From NCBI RefSeq assembly GCF_009914755.1, contig NC_060931.1: a stretch of DNA of 64,000 nucleotides. One strand, 5' to 3'. Under the pieces are notes generated by a model. It was given only the letters and a program-made list of their open reading frames with translations. It was not told where the DNA came from and searched no databases. The stretch comes from the human T2T-CHM13v2.0 reference genome, Homo sapiens. The position numbers and the translations under genes are program-made. Position 1 is the first letter of the stretch. Each line of letters opens with the position of its first letter. Shown here in pieces: positions 48,642 through 63,620 of the stretch.

Positions 48642-51600
48642 CTGTAAGACAAAAGGAAAACCAAAGAGTTTCAGCAATCAGCATGACTGAGGTATCCTCT
48701 AGGGTGCTAGGCATGCTGGAACAGATTTGTCTTTTGTTTTCTTTCTTTTTTTTTTTTTGGCATCCCTTTCACAACATTTTAAGGACTTATTTATTATTCT
48801 ATTGTTTTGCTTATATTATAATATGCATTAAAATATAGAGTTTCTTACTCTGGTGAGAACAATTATTTTATGCCCTTCCGTCAGTCTTCCATTAAAACTA
48901 TTTTTAATTTATTTATACAAAAGTGGAAAAGAAATTTAGACAATCAATAATCACAGGTGATTTTTCCAGAAATGAGGAGAGCACCAAATTACTTGATTAA
49001 CTAATGAATTAATCAAACAAAATGATGGGGAAAATTTACTTGCAAAAATCAGTTTTCAGTTCCATTTTAGGAAAAGAAAACAAAAATATAATATGACCCT
49101 CTAATAAACATAAAGTTTAAACATCATTAGTAACCCATTTTGGAAATATCCAAATGAGTATTCACATGGTAAATAATAAAAACTGCATTCAAATTATTTT
49201 GTTAAAGGCTATAGACTTTCTTATCTACTTTCTTTTTTCTATAAACATTTGGAATTAAGAACCAAATATGTAACTATAGATGCAGTTAAGGATCAAGCGT
49301 GGACAACAGTACAAGCAAGGTGGGCACACATGACAGGACTGGGTTGTTCCTGGCACTTCTAAGTGTGTCACACTCCCAAAGTCATTCTCTATGACTTGCC
49401 ACTTTTCAAGTGAAAGCTCAGAGTGCTTTATGTAGTCAGTTGGAGCTTACAACTGAGGTGGTAAAATTATTTGAGTACATTTCCAAATGACATCTGTATT
49501 CTATACTTGCAGCTGATTATTTTTATCTTAATTCCATTGCCCCCATAAAAGAAGGATCAGGCAACCAAATTTAAGCAGATTAATTGATATTTAAATTCAA
49601 ATAATTGCTGTCTATTATCACTTATTTTTCTAGGATGAAACCTGATGATGACCCTAAAATACATTGCCCTAAAAATGAATGTGGCCTATTTAAAATAAAA
49701 TGCGAAAGTTTCTAGTTATGACTCCTCTCTCATGCTTTCCTAACATATGCTGAGTACTTTGGGGGTAACTAAAATAAACATAATTTCTTCCACTGTTTTG
49801 CTACACAGATCCTAAGTCTTTCTTTTGTCTGGTAAGGCATTACAATGTATAAAATTACTCTCTGAAATAAATTGATCTTGCAAGTTGTTATGAGGAAAAA
49901 TTTCCTAGCTTAAAAGGTATGTGGATCTCATCCATGTTTCACTTAAATAGGGTACCTCTTAGGGGTAAAACTATGAAACAGATATAACTTAACTTCCACT
50001 ACTCTTAGCAACAAGCTCTCCATTCTGTAAGAGTCTCTCCTCCTTCCCCAAGAGAATAGGGCATGAAGGCTTGGGCAGAGGAAAGAGGTTGTAGAAAGGG
50101 AAACATCTGATAAACTCATTTACAAACCAGGCATTCATGGGCCTTTCCCAAAGGATTTATCTGTATTCTTAAAAAAAATTCAGTCATTTGCAAAGAAGCC
50201 ATTTTCAGGAAAATGTTTACTTTGAAACACATAGGTGGCCACATACTCTGCTTTTATATAAAGATTATCATCTCTGATTGTGGGCTCAATATTATAGTAT
50301 TCAAGATTAGAAATAACCAGTTCCAGCACCATATGCTGAAACCAAGAAATTGGCTGTGTACATATTGGTAAGCAAACAGATATTCTAATAAATAATAGTG
50401 GCAGACCCAGATGGATGTCTTTTTCATTCTAGAAAAGAACAAGATTTCAGTCTGCATGCCATGCCTTTAAAGATATGCATGCAATTTTTTCCACAAACCC
50501 CAATTTTTCAGTCCTGTCAGTATCACCTAAGTGCCTCCTTAGAAATATGACAGTGAACTTACTTCTCCCTAATAAAAAAGGAAAAACATATTTTACCAGT
50601 AAGAAGACTTGTGAACAAAACAAAGGTTCATGTCACCTCTGCAACTGTTATGAATCATAATGTCCCAGAATTTGTGGGCTCTTTATCTCTTATAGATTGA
50701 ATAACTGACTAGCAATTTATAGTGACTACATCTGTCCTTCCAAGGAAACTAGCAGATTGTAATTAATGACTGAAAAACTCTCAAGGTTCTTGCTAACTAT
50801 GAAATTGGGCTCCACTGAATATCATAATTTTAATTTGTTCTCTATTAACTACTAAAGAGGAACCACTATAATATGACAACAATTCCCCTACAGAGCTGTT
50901 GGAACAAAATCAATCACAGGACCAAAGCTGTGAAACCTGGCAAAGGGTTCTACCTAGAGTGCTGATAACGGGAATCTGTCTGTGTTACAAAGCAACTAGA
51001 CTCACCCTATTGGCCTAAGGCCTGGAATGATTCCCTTCATTTCCCCACTGAACTCTCCCAGTTGGCAGCAGGTTGTACTGTTACCATGCCCTGGGGGCAA
51101 GCTCAATATTATTTTGGAAGTGAAGGTTGATGCAAATAGAAGGGAGAGAAATTTCTTGGGCTTAGAGGATATAAAGATGCTTGAAATGAAACAAAGGAAT
51201 GGAAGGAAATACTTTCAAATTTGGTTAAAAATAGTTGAGAGGAGACTCATCGAAAACAATGGAGGAGGAAAGTGCATTAAAAGAACTGGACAGAGAAGAA
51301 GCAAAAATTTGACAGAGACATTGTTAGTAAGGATTTGTTCTTAACAGAAAACCTACATAAAAGAGTATCAATCCTGTCATTCATTTGCCTTCATTCTCTA
51401 GCTTGTTGCTGCCAAGGTTTTCGAGTGTTCCAAAACAGGATATTCATTTTATTTGGAAGCAGCTTGGACATTCCTCTAAAAAAGAAGGAAGTGTGGCAGA
51501 AAAAGGAAACACACTTCACACATTTCTGCTCTAGGGAGACAGAAGAAGAGTGTTTCTGACCTTTTCTTGAACCATGACGATTCTTAAAACTCAGAATGTA

Positions 51601-54546
51601 ATGTACTTTTTGGCCTTAAACTACTGCACTGCTTTGCTCAGCACTGGAGGATTTACAATGTAATAAAGAGAGTGGAATCAGTTCAAAATGAATTCATTTT
51701 TCAAACCTTGATCCTTTTTGGAATTTAAGTTGATGAACACAGACAAGTTTAGCAACAAGTTGGCAGTTGGCTTCCCAAGAGTCAGGCAACCATATTGACC
51801 TCTTATTTTACTGAAATGTTCCCCAGAGCAACAGTGTTATAGATTGTTAGCTAGAAATAAAAGTAAGGGCAGTTATAAACCAGTAAAATCCAAGGCCACA
51901 CCTGAGGAGTAATGATTCATCACCCTTAGTGACAAACCACTTACCCTTATTTTTTTAAGGGCCTCTTGTCTTTTCAGATCAAATGGATAGAGGAATTATG
52001 TATAAAGATATTACCTGGAGAAATAAATTTAGAAGAAAATGTCTACCCCTAGAAAAAGATACAGGAGCCAAAAGCACAGTGATTCAAAAACAAACATTGC
52101 AGATATGAAGCACTGATTAGACTGTGTTACGCAGACTTTTCCTGGACGGTTACAAAAATAAAGTCCATCCATCTGTCAAAACAACTGCTCCATGCATGAA
52201 AATTAAACAGAATTGAGGTGTTTTTAACTAACTTCCGATAATTATACTTTCTACAAAAGAATATGATTTACCTCCAATTCCAATTACCTCCTTGCATGTT
52301 CTTAAATTCTGGATGGAGCAGTTAAATTTTACTCTAAGTAAGCGAAGAGAAAAGAAGAGAAGACTTGTGAACGTGAACAATCTCTATTCAAATATATTCA
52401 GTTCATGATTAAATCAAACAACTTGTTCTGGCTCAACTATAAATCAGTCCAAAATGAATGGGTAGCATATAACATTGACTCAGGTCAGTGAGAATTCCTG
52501 TAAAAAGAAGAAAAAAAATGCTTCTATCCCATCGATAGTTTGTGTAGAAATATTTTGGTGCATAATCTAGCAGCTGGGAAAGCAAAGGAAACCTTTTCCT
52601 ATCATGATGGGTGGATACATTTCTGCCTGAAAACCCATTAATAAGCTTAATTCCTGAAGTTAATCTGTTGACTTTCTTTTTCTCTGGTCAATTTATCTGG
52701 CAAGCTAGCTGAATACTGGAATCTTCGTGCCAAAGCAGTAATCCGTGAGATTGTTCCTGTCACTCACTTTATCCCTTCCTCTATTTAAGCTTTTCCACAC
52801 TTATCTGGCAATAATGTTTAGTCTTTTTTTTTCTTTTAACATTGTGCTATTACAGCTGTAATCCGATCATCCATAATTGTGTTTAATACTTCACTATTCA
52901 CTAAAGGAGGTTAGAAATCTCTTCTCCAAAGAGGCTTATCTAATAAAACTAAAATATAAACCATGTTATAATTATAATATTAGCCTTCTAATGTTGAATT
53001 TGTGACTTGGAATTTTTTAACACTCATCTTTTTAAGTGATGAATAGGCAGTTCTGTCCATTTTGGGAGGCATTTTTACCTTCAGTATTTAGAATATGCCA
53101 TAATAAAATGAACTGAACTTTCCACATCAATGCTTTTATATTTTTTAGAGATTTGAAATAATACTGACTCAACTAACACAACAAAGTTACCATTATATAT
53201 AGCCAGTTATTTTGGTATGTAGGCATATTCATAATAATTGAACTATATCACCATTAAACCTATGATAACTGAAAAACAACTTTTAAAGTGGCTTGAATTA
53301 TATGATTAAACTAAATGAAGACTCTCTGTACAAGGCTCCCAAATTATTTTACTTAAATGCTCATTTCAGTTAAGTGCCCAATTTGACTGCTCTTTCCCCT
53401 CCAGATTGACTATTTGTTTTGAAGTCCTAGAAATATTGTTCAAGACTCTATAAACATTTTTCTTTCAAATTACTTGAAACCTTCAAACATGTTCAAAATG
53501 ATTATACACTAGGCACTATAGACCATGCTATTAGCAAAAGCTGACTGCTGTGATTTTCTTTTATTTAAAGGAGTTCAAAAAATTCACTTTGAAATTCTGT
53601 GTGGACCATAGAAGCTTATGATATCTATTTTTAGGCTTATGTTTTCTTTTATATTATACTATCACTCTGATTCATCAGGATGTGTGCCATTCATTTGCAT
53701 GATTTGATTGTGGTCCATTATATGTACCTAGCATAACCTTTCTTCACCTCATATTGCAATAAATGCAGACAATTAAAAATATTCTGGGAAATCTACATAA
53801 ATATGTTTCCTACCGAACCAGGAAAATTATGAAGTACTCACAATCCTCACCCTGATTTCAAAAATGATATTCTGTGGTTTCCAATTTTATGCAAGGTGCT
53901 GAATATTTAGTGTTCATGCCTTAATGCAACCAAGTCATTGGTTTACATGAAGTAAGGAGAGTTACAATGTAAAGGAATTTATTGTGGACAAAATTATTTG
54001 GCATATTTAATTCTAACATACATGCCTTTACCATAACAGAAATCATTACACATAAAAGAGAGATGAACTGCATCTTTAATTGCATGTGAGATGTAGCCTT
54101 AGGGAAAGACAGAAAAACTGAGCCCATATTTTAGAGGAATGCTTGATTTCATTCACATCTACCTCCTTTCTACCCCATCTTGCCTAATATCAAAAATTAA
54201 TTTTTGTTGGAGTCTTTAATGTCCAAAGTACTGAAGTCTGTTTTATAGTTATAATATAAAATATTATCTTAATACATCTTATAATAATTGAAGACCCTAA
54301 TCAAGTTTAGTGTTTGTGACATAGACACTGATGTATCACTTATTCAAATGCAAGTGCCTGTGGCATATTTCACACGTATACTCTTTTCCTTTTCTTTCTT
54401 TTTTTCATGACCAAGTTTAGTTGCTTTAAAAGGAGATTAAAAAGTAGAACATTCGGAAAGAAAGAACTTTTACAATATAAAAAGGTTTGAAAAGAAGTCA
54501 AATGCCCATAGGGTAAATGAATTATCAAACCAGAGTTGTGAGACTC

Positions 54547-54949
54547 TGTTATAAGCTGAACTCCATTTTCTCAAAATTTATACCTTGAAGCTCTAATCTC
54601 TACCATCTGGGAATATGACTCTATTTGGGGATTAGGGTCTTTAAGAAGGTGACTAAGTTAAAATGAGGCCCTTAGTCTAGACCCTAATCCAAACTGGCTG
54701 GTGTCTCTATAAGAAGAAACTTGGATACATAAGGAGACATCGGGGCATGAGTGCACAGAGGAAGGACCATGTGAAGAGGCAGCAAGAGGACAGTCATCTG
54801 CAAGCCAAAGAGAGGAGGCTCAGAGGAACTCAACCCTGCTTACACCTTGAACTTGGACTTCTGGCCTCCAGAACTAGAACATAAATTTCTGCTGTTTTGG
54901 CCACCCAGTCTGTGCCACTTTATTATGGTAGCCCTAATGGAGTAATACA
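54547..54949 (+). mobile_element. MLT1B solo LTR (ERVL-MaLR)
   Basis: TGTTAT...TAATACA ends; gcacagaggaaggaccatgtg, catctgcaagcca, acaccttgaacttggacttc, gccacccagtctgtg match recalled MLT1B. Confidence 0.85.
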
Positions 54950-55480
54950 AACATTAAAAAGAAAGTGGGTAATTGGAGGCAACCTGATGCTTGGTTAAAA
55001 GATACTTAAATTTACCATTGCTTAAAATATTTTCACCATCAGAACATACATGGTAACAGAATTTTGTCACCTGTCAGCCAACTTTGGATCTTCTGCTTTG
55101 TACAGAATTAGATATTAAAAAGGAAATTTTACAAATTTCATTTTTTTCTGGCACAATTTTACTATTTCTTCAAATATCGTCCATATATCGTAATCTTCCC
55201 AAATATGCACATATATGTGGATATTTGTATGCAAACCATATGTATATATCAACTTGTAGAAATAATTTATGCACACATTTAAATTTCAGAAATTTGGAAT
55301 TTTTAAATTTATTTATGTTTAGTGATATGTAGTAAAGATGTTACTTATTGAAGGATATTTGCATTTGAAAAGGCATTCTCAAAAACTTTAAGAAAAAACA
55401 TGTAGGACAAAACGAACAATTTCATAATGGTAAAACAGAAATTGGGGTAGTTACTTGTATCTCAGTCTTACAATTTAGAG

Positions 55481-55816
55481 CAGGGGTCCCCAACCTCCAG
55501 GCAGACTGGTACCAGTCAGGGTCCTGTTAAGAACAGGCTGCACAGCAGGAGGTGAGCAGCAGGCCGGCCAGCACTACCGCCTGAGCTCCGCCTTCTGTCT
55601 GATCAGCTGCTGCATTAGATTCTCGTAGGAGCGTGAACACTTTTATGAACTGTGCATACAAGGGATCTAGGTTGAGGTCTCCTTGTGAGAATCTAATTAA
55701 TATCTGATGATCTTTGGTGGAACAGTTTCACCCCAAAACCATCCCCTTTTTGGCCTGTGAAAAAATTGTCTTCCATGAAACCAGTCCCCGGTGCCAAAAA
55801 GATTGGGGAACCACTG
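55481..55816 (+). mobile_element. MER1B hAT-Charlie MITE
   Basis: TIRs CAGGGGTCCCCAA / TTGGGGAACCACTG; 8-bp TSD-like atttagag / ctttaaag; internal gcacagcaggaggtgagc..gcattagattctc. Confidence 0.88.
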
Positions 55817-55824
55817 CTTTAAAG

Positions 55825-55990
55825 TCAGTTAGACATGGGTTAAAATTATTCAGGCATTTTCCATTTGCTGTGTGACTATAAGAAAGTTACTTAGAATCTC
55901 TGAGCCTGAGTCTCCTCAACTAAAAATGAGATTAATGATATATTCATGTAAATTACTTAACATGATCACTAGCGCTTATTAATTGATAGG
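55825..55990 (+). mobile_element. MIR relic
   Basis: gctgtgtgact..aagttacttagaatctctgagcctgagtctcctcaactaaaaatgag. Confidence 0.6.
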
Positions 55991-56395
55991 TAACTGGTTA
56001 TCCAATTCTTAAAATAATTAAACTTCACTATTGTTTGGATATTTCTATGACTGCTTAACTCTCACACTCTTCTACATATTATGCCATTTCACCAATTACG
56101 ACAAGAGCTCCATTATGAATAGTTCATTCTTTATAAGGATGTAGTTAATAGAGTTTAAGCCTATACTTGGTGCTAAACAGAGATAGATTTAACAAAATTG
56201 GTTTTGAGTATTACTCTGTGCCCATTTCTGCTACCAAGGGCAATTGCATTTTGTTTAATAGAATTTCTATGAAAGCCTAGTCCTCTGGCAGTGAAGACTT
56301 ATAAATTATAATCACTCTTGTTATCAAAGCAGTAAAAATGCCAGGATTCATTTTCTCAACACAACAGCAAATACAGCGTGTGTTAGTCAATAGCT

Positions 56396-56990
56396 GTGGC
56401 AGAATTGTATTGTGCCAAATGAAATAAGCTGGAAAAATATTTCCTCAAATTCCCTTTTCTATAGGTTGGTTTAGGCTGGCTATCAACAAAATCTGCATGA
56501 GATTTGGGAGGTATAAATTAAGCTGCAACCATTACACTCCCCAGGTTGTTCTGATCTGCTGGCCACGTTGTTAGCGTGGGGCAGTACCTGGGCCTCCAGG
56601 TCCTCTGGCTTCCACCAAATCTCATTTGTTAGTTTCTACAAGACTGAGTCCTGATACTTGTATAGCTCCATGACAAAAGACATCAGTTTCTTCTTTAAGT
56701 CACCCAAATCGACCCAAAGAAAGTTAGAGGTAGTAAAAGACACTATGGTCTTAGTTTGTGATTGTGGGTCTCAGTTCTCCTTGCTCTTCCTACTTCATGT
56801 TCGGCTTTTCCTCTATAAACATAAACAACTGTAGTTACCTACAACAACTTCACGCCCACTACCTGTCTCAGGCAGTAGCCTTCCATAGAGTTCTTCACCA
56901 GCTCTCATGATTGTATAAGGTCTAATTCCCATAATAAAACTTTTTCCATATCAATCACACAGTTGGTCTCTGGTAAAACCATGATGAAAA
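56396..56990 (+). mobile_element. Old ERVL LTR (MLT2E/F-like)
   Basis: tgtggcag..tgtgccaa..taagctggaa..atttcctcaaattccc start and taaggtctaattcccataataaa end resemble recalled MLT2E/F; diverged. Confidence 0.45.
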
Positions 56991-59269
56991 GATATATCTT
57001 ACAGCCATAGACTAGCTCATTGTGATATGTAATATAAAGGGAACATAAATTTGGCCTATTTAAAAATACACACATGCTTGTTGTAAGAACTAATGACTAA
57101 AGGTCATTAGTTAATAATTTTATTTACTTCTAAATATGAATGATTTCTGCTTTTTAAGTGCATATTAAATTCTATAATCAATAAGTTATATTAATTTTGG
57201 TATCATTTCAAGCACAATACTAAAAAAACTATCTTTTAGCATTGAATACATATGGAATAAACACATGCACACATGTATGCATACATAATAGTTACATTTA
57301 ACACCATGTATAGCATGGATAGTACAGTATATTTTGCACCTAATTTGAATGGAATAGTGAGAAGCTTCAGGAATTTTCTGCTCTTAAAGCCAAAAGTCAA
57401 GATTCTGCATCTCTAGAAATAGTGTCAAGTTTTCAGAGCTACCATAATTTTGCAGTCTGTTTTCCATGCTACCAACTAAAAAGTCCAAAAGTAAGTAGAC
57501 GTATATTAAAATTAAATGGCAGAATTTTGGGAAAGTTTCATGATGTCCTGTGGACATAAGAAGCTGATGATTTTTAGTGTTATTGCACAAATGATTTTTA
57601 TGTTTCTAAGTCAAGTAAAAGGAAAATAGTCAAAAGTTGGTGATGGCATATTTGTCTTGAGACATAACACGTCTGAGTAAAATATTATCAGAGTCCATGT
57701 TAAATACAAAATATGATGGACAGTGTACTCTCAGAAATGAGTAGAAATCCACTTATGAAGATTATCAGACACATATAGAAGAATACTAAACACAAGTATT
57801 ACAAACTACGTGTCAGTGGGACTTGGATCAACTTGCTAAATATGAGGTAAGAAGATATTGGCCAAAATCTTTTTTCCTGAAGGAACTGGTCAAATCATGA
57901 TAATAAACCTTCCAGAGTATAAAATACTTACTGTACTCTAAAAGTATGTACACTGATGCATGGATGAATTATGGTGTCCAGTCAAATCTAAATAATAATT
58001 TGTTAACCAATGCCAAATATTTTATCTTCATTTCAGCCACTTAAGGATGCAATTGAAATTTTCAGTAAAAAAGGAACACAAATCAAAATCTCCAAATCTT
58101 CTGAAAGATGTTTATAAAATGTCTGTATTTCAAATGCTAGCCTTACTTTACCAAAAAAAAAAAAAATTAAAATGCATTTAAATTTTAATCCTGACCCTAA
58201 AAGATTTCCAAAAATGTAAGTTTATCTGTATGAGACTTGGTTCATGGCAATTCAAACATAATTAATACCAACCTATTTGGCTGTATTAGTAAAATGTATT
58301 AATTCAAAATATGAATACTACCTAATTTCTGAAATAAACTTAATGACAAAGTTTTATTTGCCATGTATCTTTTACCTTATATGCAAAATTTGCTTGTTTA
58401 ATTACTTGAAAAGAAATATGGACTTGTAACCAAATATGAGTCACTTAAACGAGTTAACATACAAAATGCATTTAGATCAATACCAGGTATAAAGCAAGCT
58501 CTCCATAAGTGTTGGATATTATTACACTGCTTCTGAAGGCTACAGTTAAACTGTAATTATTCAGTTCAGTGTACCAGATATTTACCCACAAACAGATACA
58601 GACATACACAGGTACATACATATGAAAATCTATGCTCATAAGATAAGGCATTTACTGGCATTCATCAAAAATCAGTTATCTGTACAACTGAAGTGCCATC
58701 AAAATTCTTGATGAAAATCATATTTAAAATGGATAAACTGACCATATTCTTTCATTTGTAAGATTATGCAGAGTGTCCACATAAAATTGTAATCGATATT
58801 TTCAAAAATTATAAAGGGTCTGGGGTTTTACCCTATTTGTAAAGATAGCAAGTTAGCCTACCAGGCTTTCATGAATACTAACAAAAGATTGTGACTCAGG
58901 GTTCAGAGGTAAAGGACTTTATTACTCACAAAAATAGTGCTAGCTAGAGTATTAGAATTTCTTGTGCTATTTCCACTGGGCATTGGGAAGAGGGTCAGGT
59001 AATACCTATACATGTGGTTAGTTGCATTATAGGAGAGGAACTCTGGATGAAAAAACCTAAATATTTTATAATAGGTATAGCATGCTGACCTTTAGATATT
59101 GATGGAGATGTTATGTTTATTGCACCGGACAGTGCGCATATCTGCCCTTTGCTCCAGAGGGAGACACTCTGTTTCCCAAGACCATTTGCAAACCAGCCTT
59201 CTACTTCAGAGAAAAACACTATCGTAACTGTATAAACAGCTTTTTCTTACTTTAAACTTAATAAAACAA

Positions 59270-60469
<1,200 letters not shown>

Positions 60470-61736
60470 TAGAGATCTTTTTTTAAAAAAGCATGCAAAA
60501 AGCTAGTCAGGGCGTCTGCTCATAAGATGTGAGAAATGTGAAGACCCATGAAAAACTATATTCCAACAATTATACATGAGGATTTTGAAATGTAATGTAA
60601 TTTTATTATTTGATAGGCTCCCAAATTAGAAGGTAATTCTAATTATCCACTTAATACAGTTTTATTATGTCTCAATATGTCTAAAATAAAATTTAAAAAA
60701 TTGAAAGTTCATGTCAAATTTGACCTTTGAAAAAGTAATGAAATTTAAGGGTTGACATAGGCATTTTGGAATGCACTGTAACTTTAGATGCATGTGCAGC
60801 TTTAAATTCTCATTGCATTCACTTGGCAAAAATTAGTGCTATTGAGGTCCTGCAATTTGAGCCACAGTAAACATGATAGACATTATAATATATCATATCA
60901 TTAAGAGGAGTAACAACTAAGGACAAATATATAAAAATAAATCCCTCAAGAATTTTAAAAAGTCTCAAAGTTCAGGTGCATGATACAACACTTTGAAATG
61001 TATCCAAGAATCAGAATGTTATGAGAGTCTGCTTTTTTGTTCCTCTCAGATGGTTGAAATTTTGATTTCCAATGATGTTCAAAATATTTCTAACAGTCAT
61101 ACGGTTGCCATTTGGTTTTACTGAAATTTAGTGCAAAGAGAGATGGTTTAGTAGGATAAACAAAGAAGATTCAGAGAGCTATTGATTCAAAACAGATTCT
61201 TTTACCAGCTTAGAATGTATTCAGCTTTCATTTGCAAAACAGGGTCAATGAAGTTAATCCATCAATAGAAATGTTACTGTGTATAACCAACTGAATTTTA
61301 AGCACTAGAAAAATACCGAAAATGGGAGTAACGGTGAATAACAGCAGCCAGAATACAGGTATCTCGACTGTATTTATTTCCCTATCCAGGGTCTCTGTCC
61401 AACAGTATTATATACTGCATTATATATATATTTTTCAAATAACAGCTCTCAAGTAACAGCAATGGAAAAATTCATAAGCATTTCACTACTCTAATGCTAA
61501 AAATGCCACAGCAATTTGAAGGTTTAGAATCTACAATACCAAAAAAGACATATTAATATGATGATTTGTTTTATATCCTGTACATTCAGTTCTACAAGAG
61601 AAAATTAAATGTAGATGCATATCAGAAATGTCATCACCAGCACATGCATGTACATGCATGCGCAGGCACACACACACACTCTATATAGAAAAAATATATA
61701 AATATATAGAAAAGCAATATTAAAAGAACAATAAGT

Positions 61737-61900
61737 GTTATCAGATAAACATATATTTTATATATATCAGATAAAATATATATATTTAAAATATACAATT
61801 TATTTCTTATTGTTTAATATATATTATCTGATAACCTTATATATATATATTTATCTGATAACCTGATATATATATATGAGAGAGAGAGAGAGCAAGAGAG
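61737..61900. repeat. TA-rich imperfect inverted repeat with four TATC(A/T)GATAA units, then (GA)n
   Basis: Two tatcagataa units then two ttatctgata units; arms are approximate reverse complements. Confidence 0.75.
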
Positions 61901-63505
61901 TATAACTATGTGCCTGAGGCTACAGGTTTCCTCTTTAACAACAAAGTCCATTCTTTGTGGAATAGTTGCTTGAATTACAGCTGCTGATTTAATATATGTG
62001 TTTGGTGCAAAACTCGGCAGAGAGTAATGATGAGTTATATTATCCCAGCTGCATGAGAGAATGCGGAGACGTTTCACTTTTCTGTATGATACCATACTCA
62101 GTGACACAGAAACTATGTAGGTTCAATCCAGTGGCATGTCCTGGTTTCTGGTTTACTGTGTTGTCATAGCCATAGGAATGAGCTTTTCCTTAACTAGGCA
62201 TAAGAATGGCCCACTCTAAAAGTGCATAAGATTAGCCAGTGTCTTGACCCCTCTTTTCCTATTGTAGCCTTCTATCTGAATCTGATGCTGCAGAGATAGC
62301 ATTTTACCCAGTGTGACTTGTTTAAAGGCACTTCATTTCCAGTGGACTTTTCGAGGAAATCAGTAGGAAATGGTAAGTGCAGGCTCCGGAAATCAGGGAT
62401 AACAAGTAAGGAGGTTGTTTGTTTACTTTACTATAAATGTTCAGGTCAGTTCCTATTTTGGTTACAATTCTGTCTTGGAGCCCTGATGGCTGCCACAGCC
62501 ACTCACATCCATTCTTGTGGTTTTCAGTATTACCCGAGCCCTTTGAAAGGAATTATTGTCTGTAAGTCACAGCTGACTATTATTTACCCAAGATACAGTG
62601 CAGAATTTCCATCAAACTGTCCGTTGTGTCACTTTGCAAATCAGGTGTCAAATGAAAGAAAAAGCCTCTTTCTTCTTAATATTTATTTCTTATTGTTTAT
62701 TTAAATCATTGTTAAAAATAATAATGCTATTTATTTTCTTATGTTTATTAAGGAAGGGATGTTACAAATCCCAGGGATCCATCCAATAGCTATTTCTAAA
62801 ATCATATATTAAGAAAGAAATGCAAAAATTGCATCTGTAAATTAAAATCCAAAAATAACCAATGAATGCCATGAATCATCTTGAAGTGCACAAAATATGT
62901 AAACTGAGGCATTACTTAAATGAGGTTAACTGAAAATTAAAATAAATTTTAATAAAATTATAAATGAATAAAATATATCTTGCATAAAAAATGTATGAAA
63001 AGCAATATTAAAGGATCTATAAGGGTTATCAGCAAAATAGTATGAAATACATTTTAACATTGAGTAGAGCTGGAAGAAAAATATATTTTTCCTTGAAATA
63101 AAATATATAAAAACTTCTGTTTTCCTTTCACTATATAAATCATAATGGAGAAAATTCAAAATCTTGAATTGATTTAATGCAGAATATGAAGAAATACCAA
63201 AGCACAAATATTTTATAATGTTACAATTAATTAATTAACTGATTTTTGAAAACATTATTAAGGCAATGTTATCACACCATTGCACTTTTAAAAATGTGTG
63301 TCTCTCTATGCACTTCTATCATAATGATTTATATTTTTTCAGAATCTTTATTACAAGGTGCTGTGAAATGATCTGGTGTCACTCTATCAGATTCAGCAAA
63401 CTCCATGTCTTAGATCCTTTTAATTAAGTTCCATAAAATTCATAAACATTTTTAGTAAGTGTGGAAAATGCAATGAAGTTGCCTTTCTTCTTTGAAAGTA
63501 TTCTT

Positions 63506-63620
63506 GACCAGCCTGGCCAACATGGCAAAACCCTGTCTCTACTAAAAATACACAAATTAGCCGGATGTGATGGTGGACACCTGTAATCCCAGCTACTAAG
63601 GTGGCTGATGCAGGTGAATC
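63506..63620 (+). mobile_element. Internal Alu fragment (both ends missing, no tail)
   Basis: gaccagcctggccaacatgg...tactaaaaatac...cctgtaatcccagctact...gcaggtgaatc then unrelated sequence. Confidence 0.88.

Noticed and set aside
57088-57112. Perfect 10-bp hairpins (also 31071-31093, ~27469-27497)
   Set aside because: Expected by chance in 64 kb of AT-rich DNA; too short for miRNA or MITE calls.
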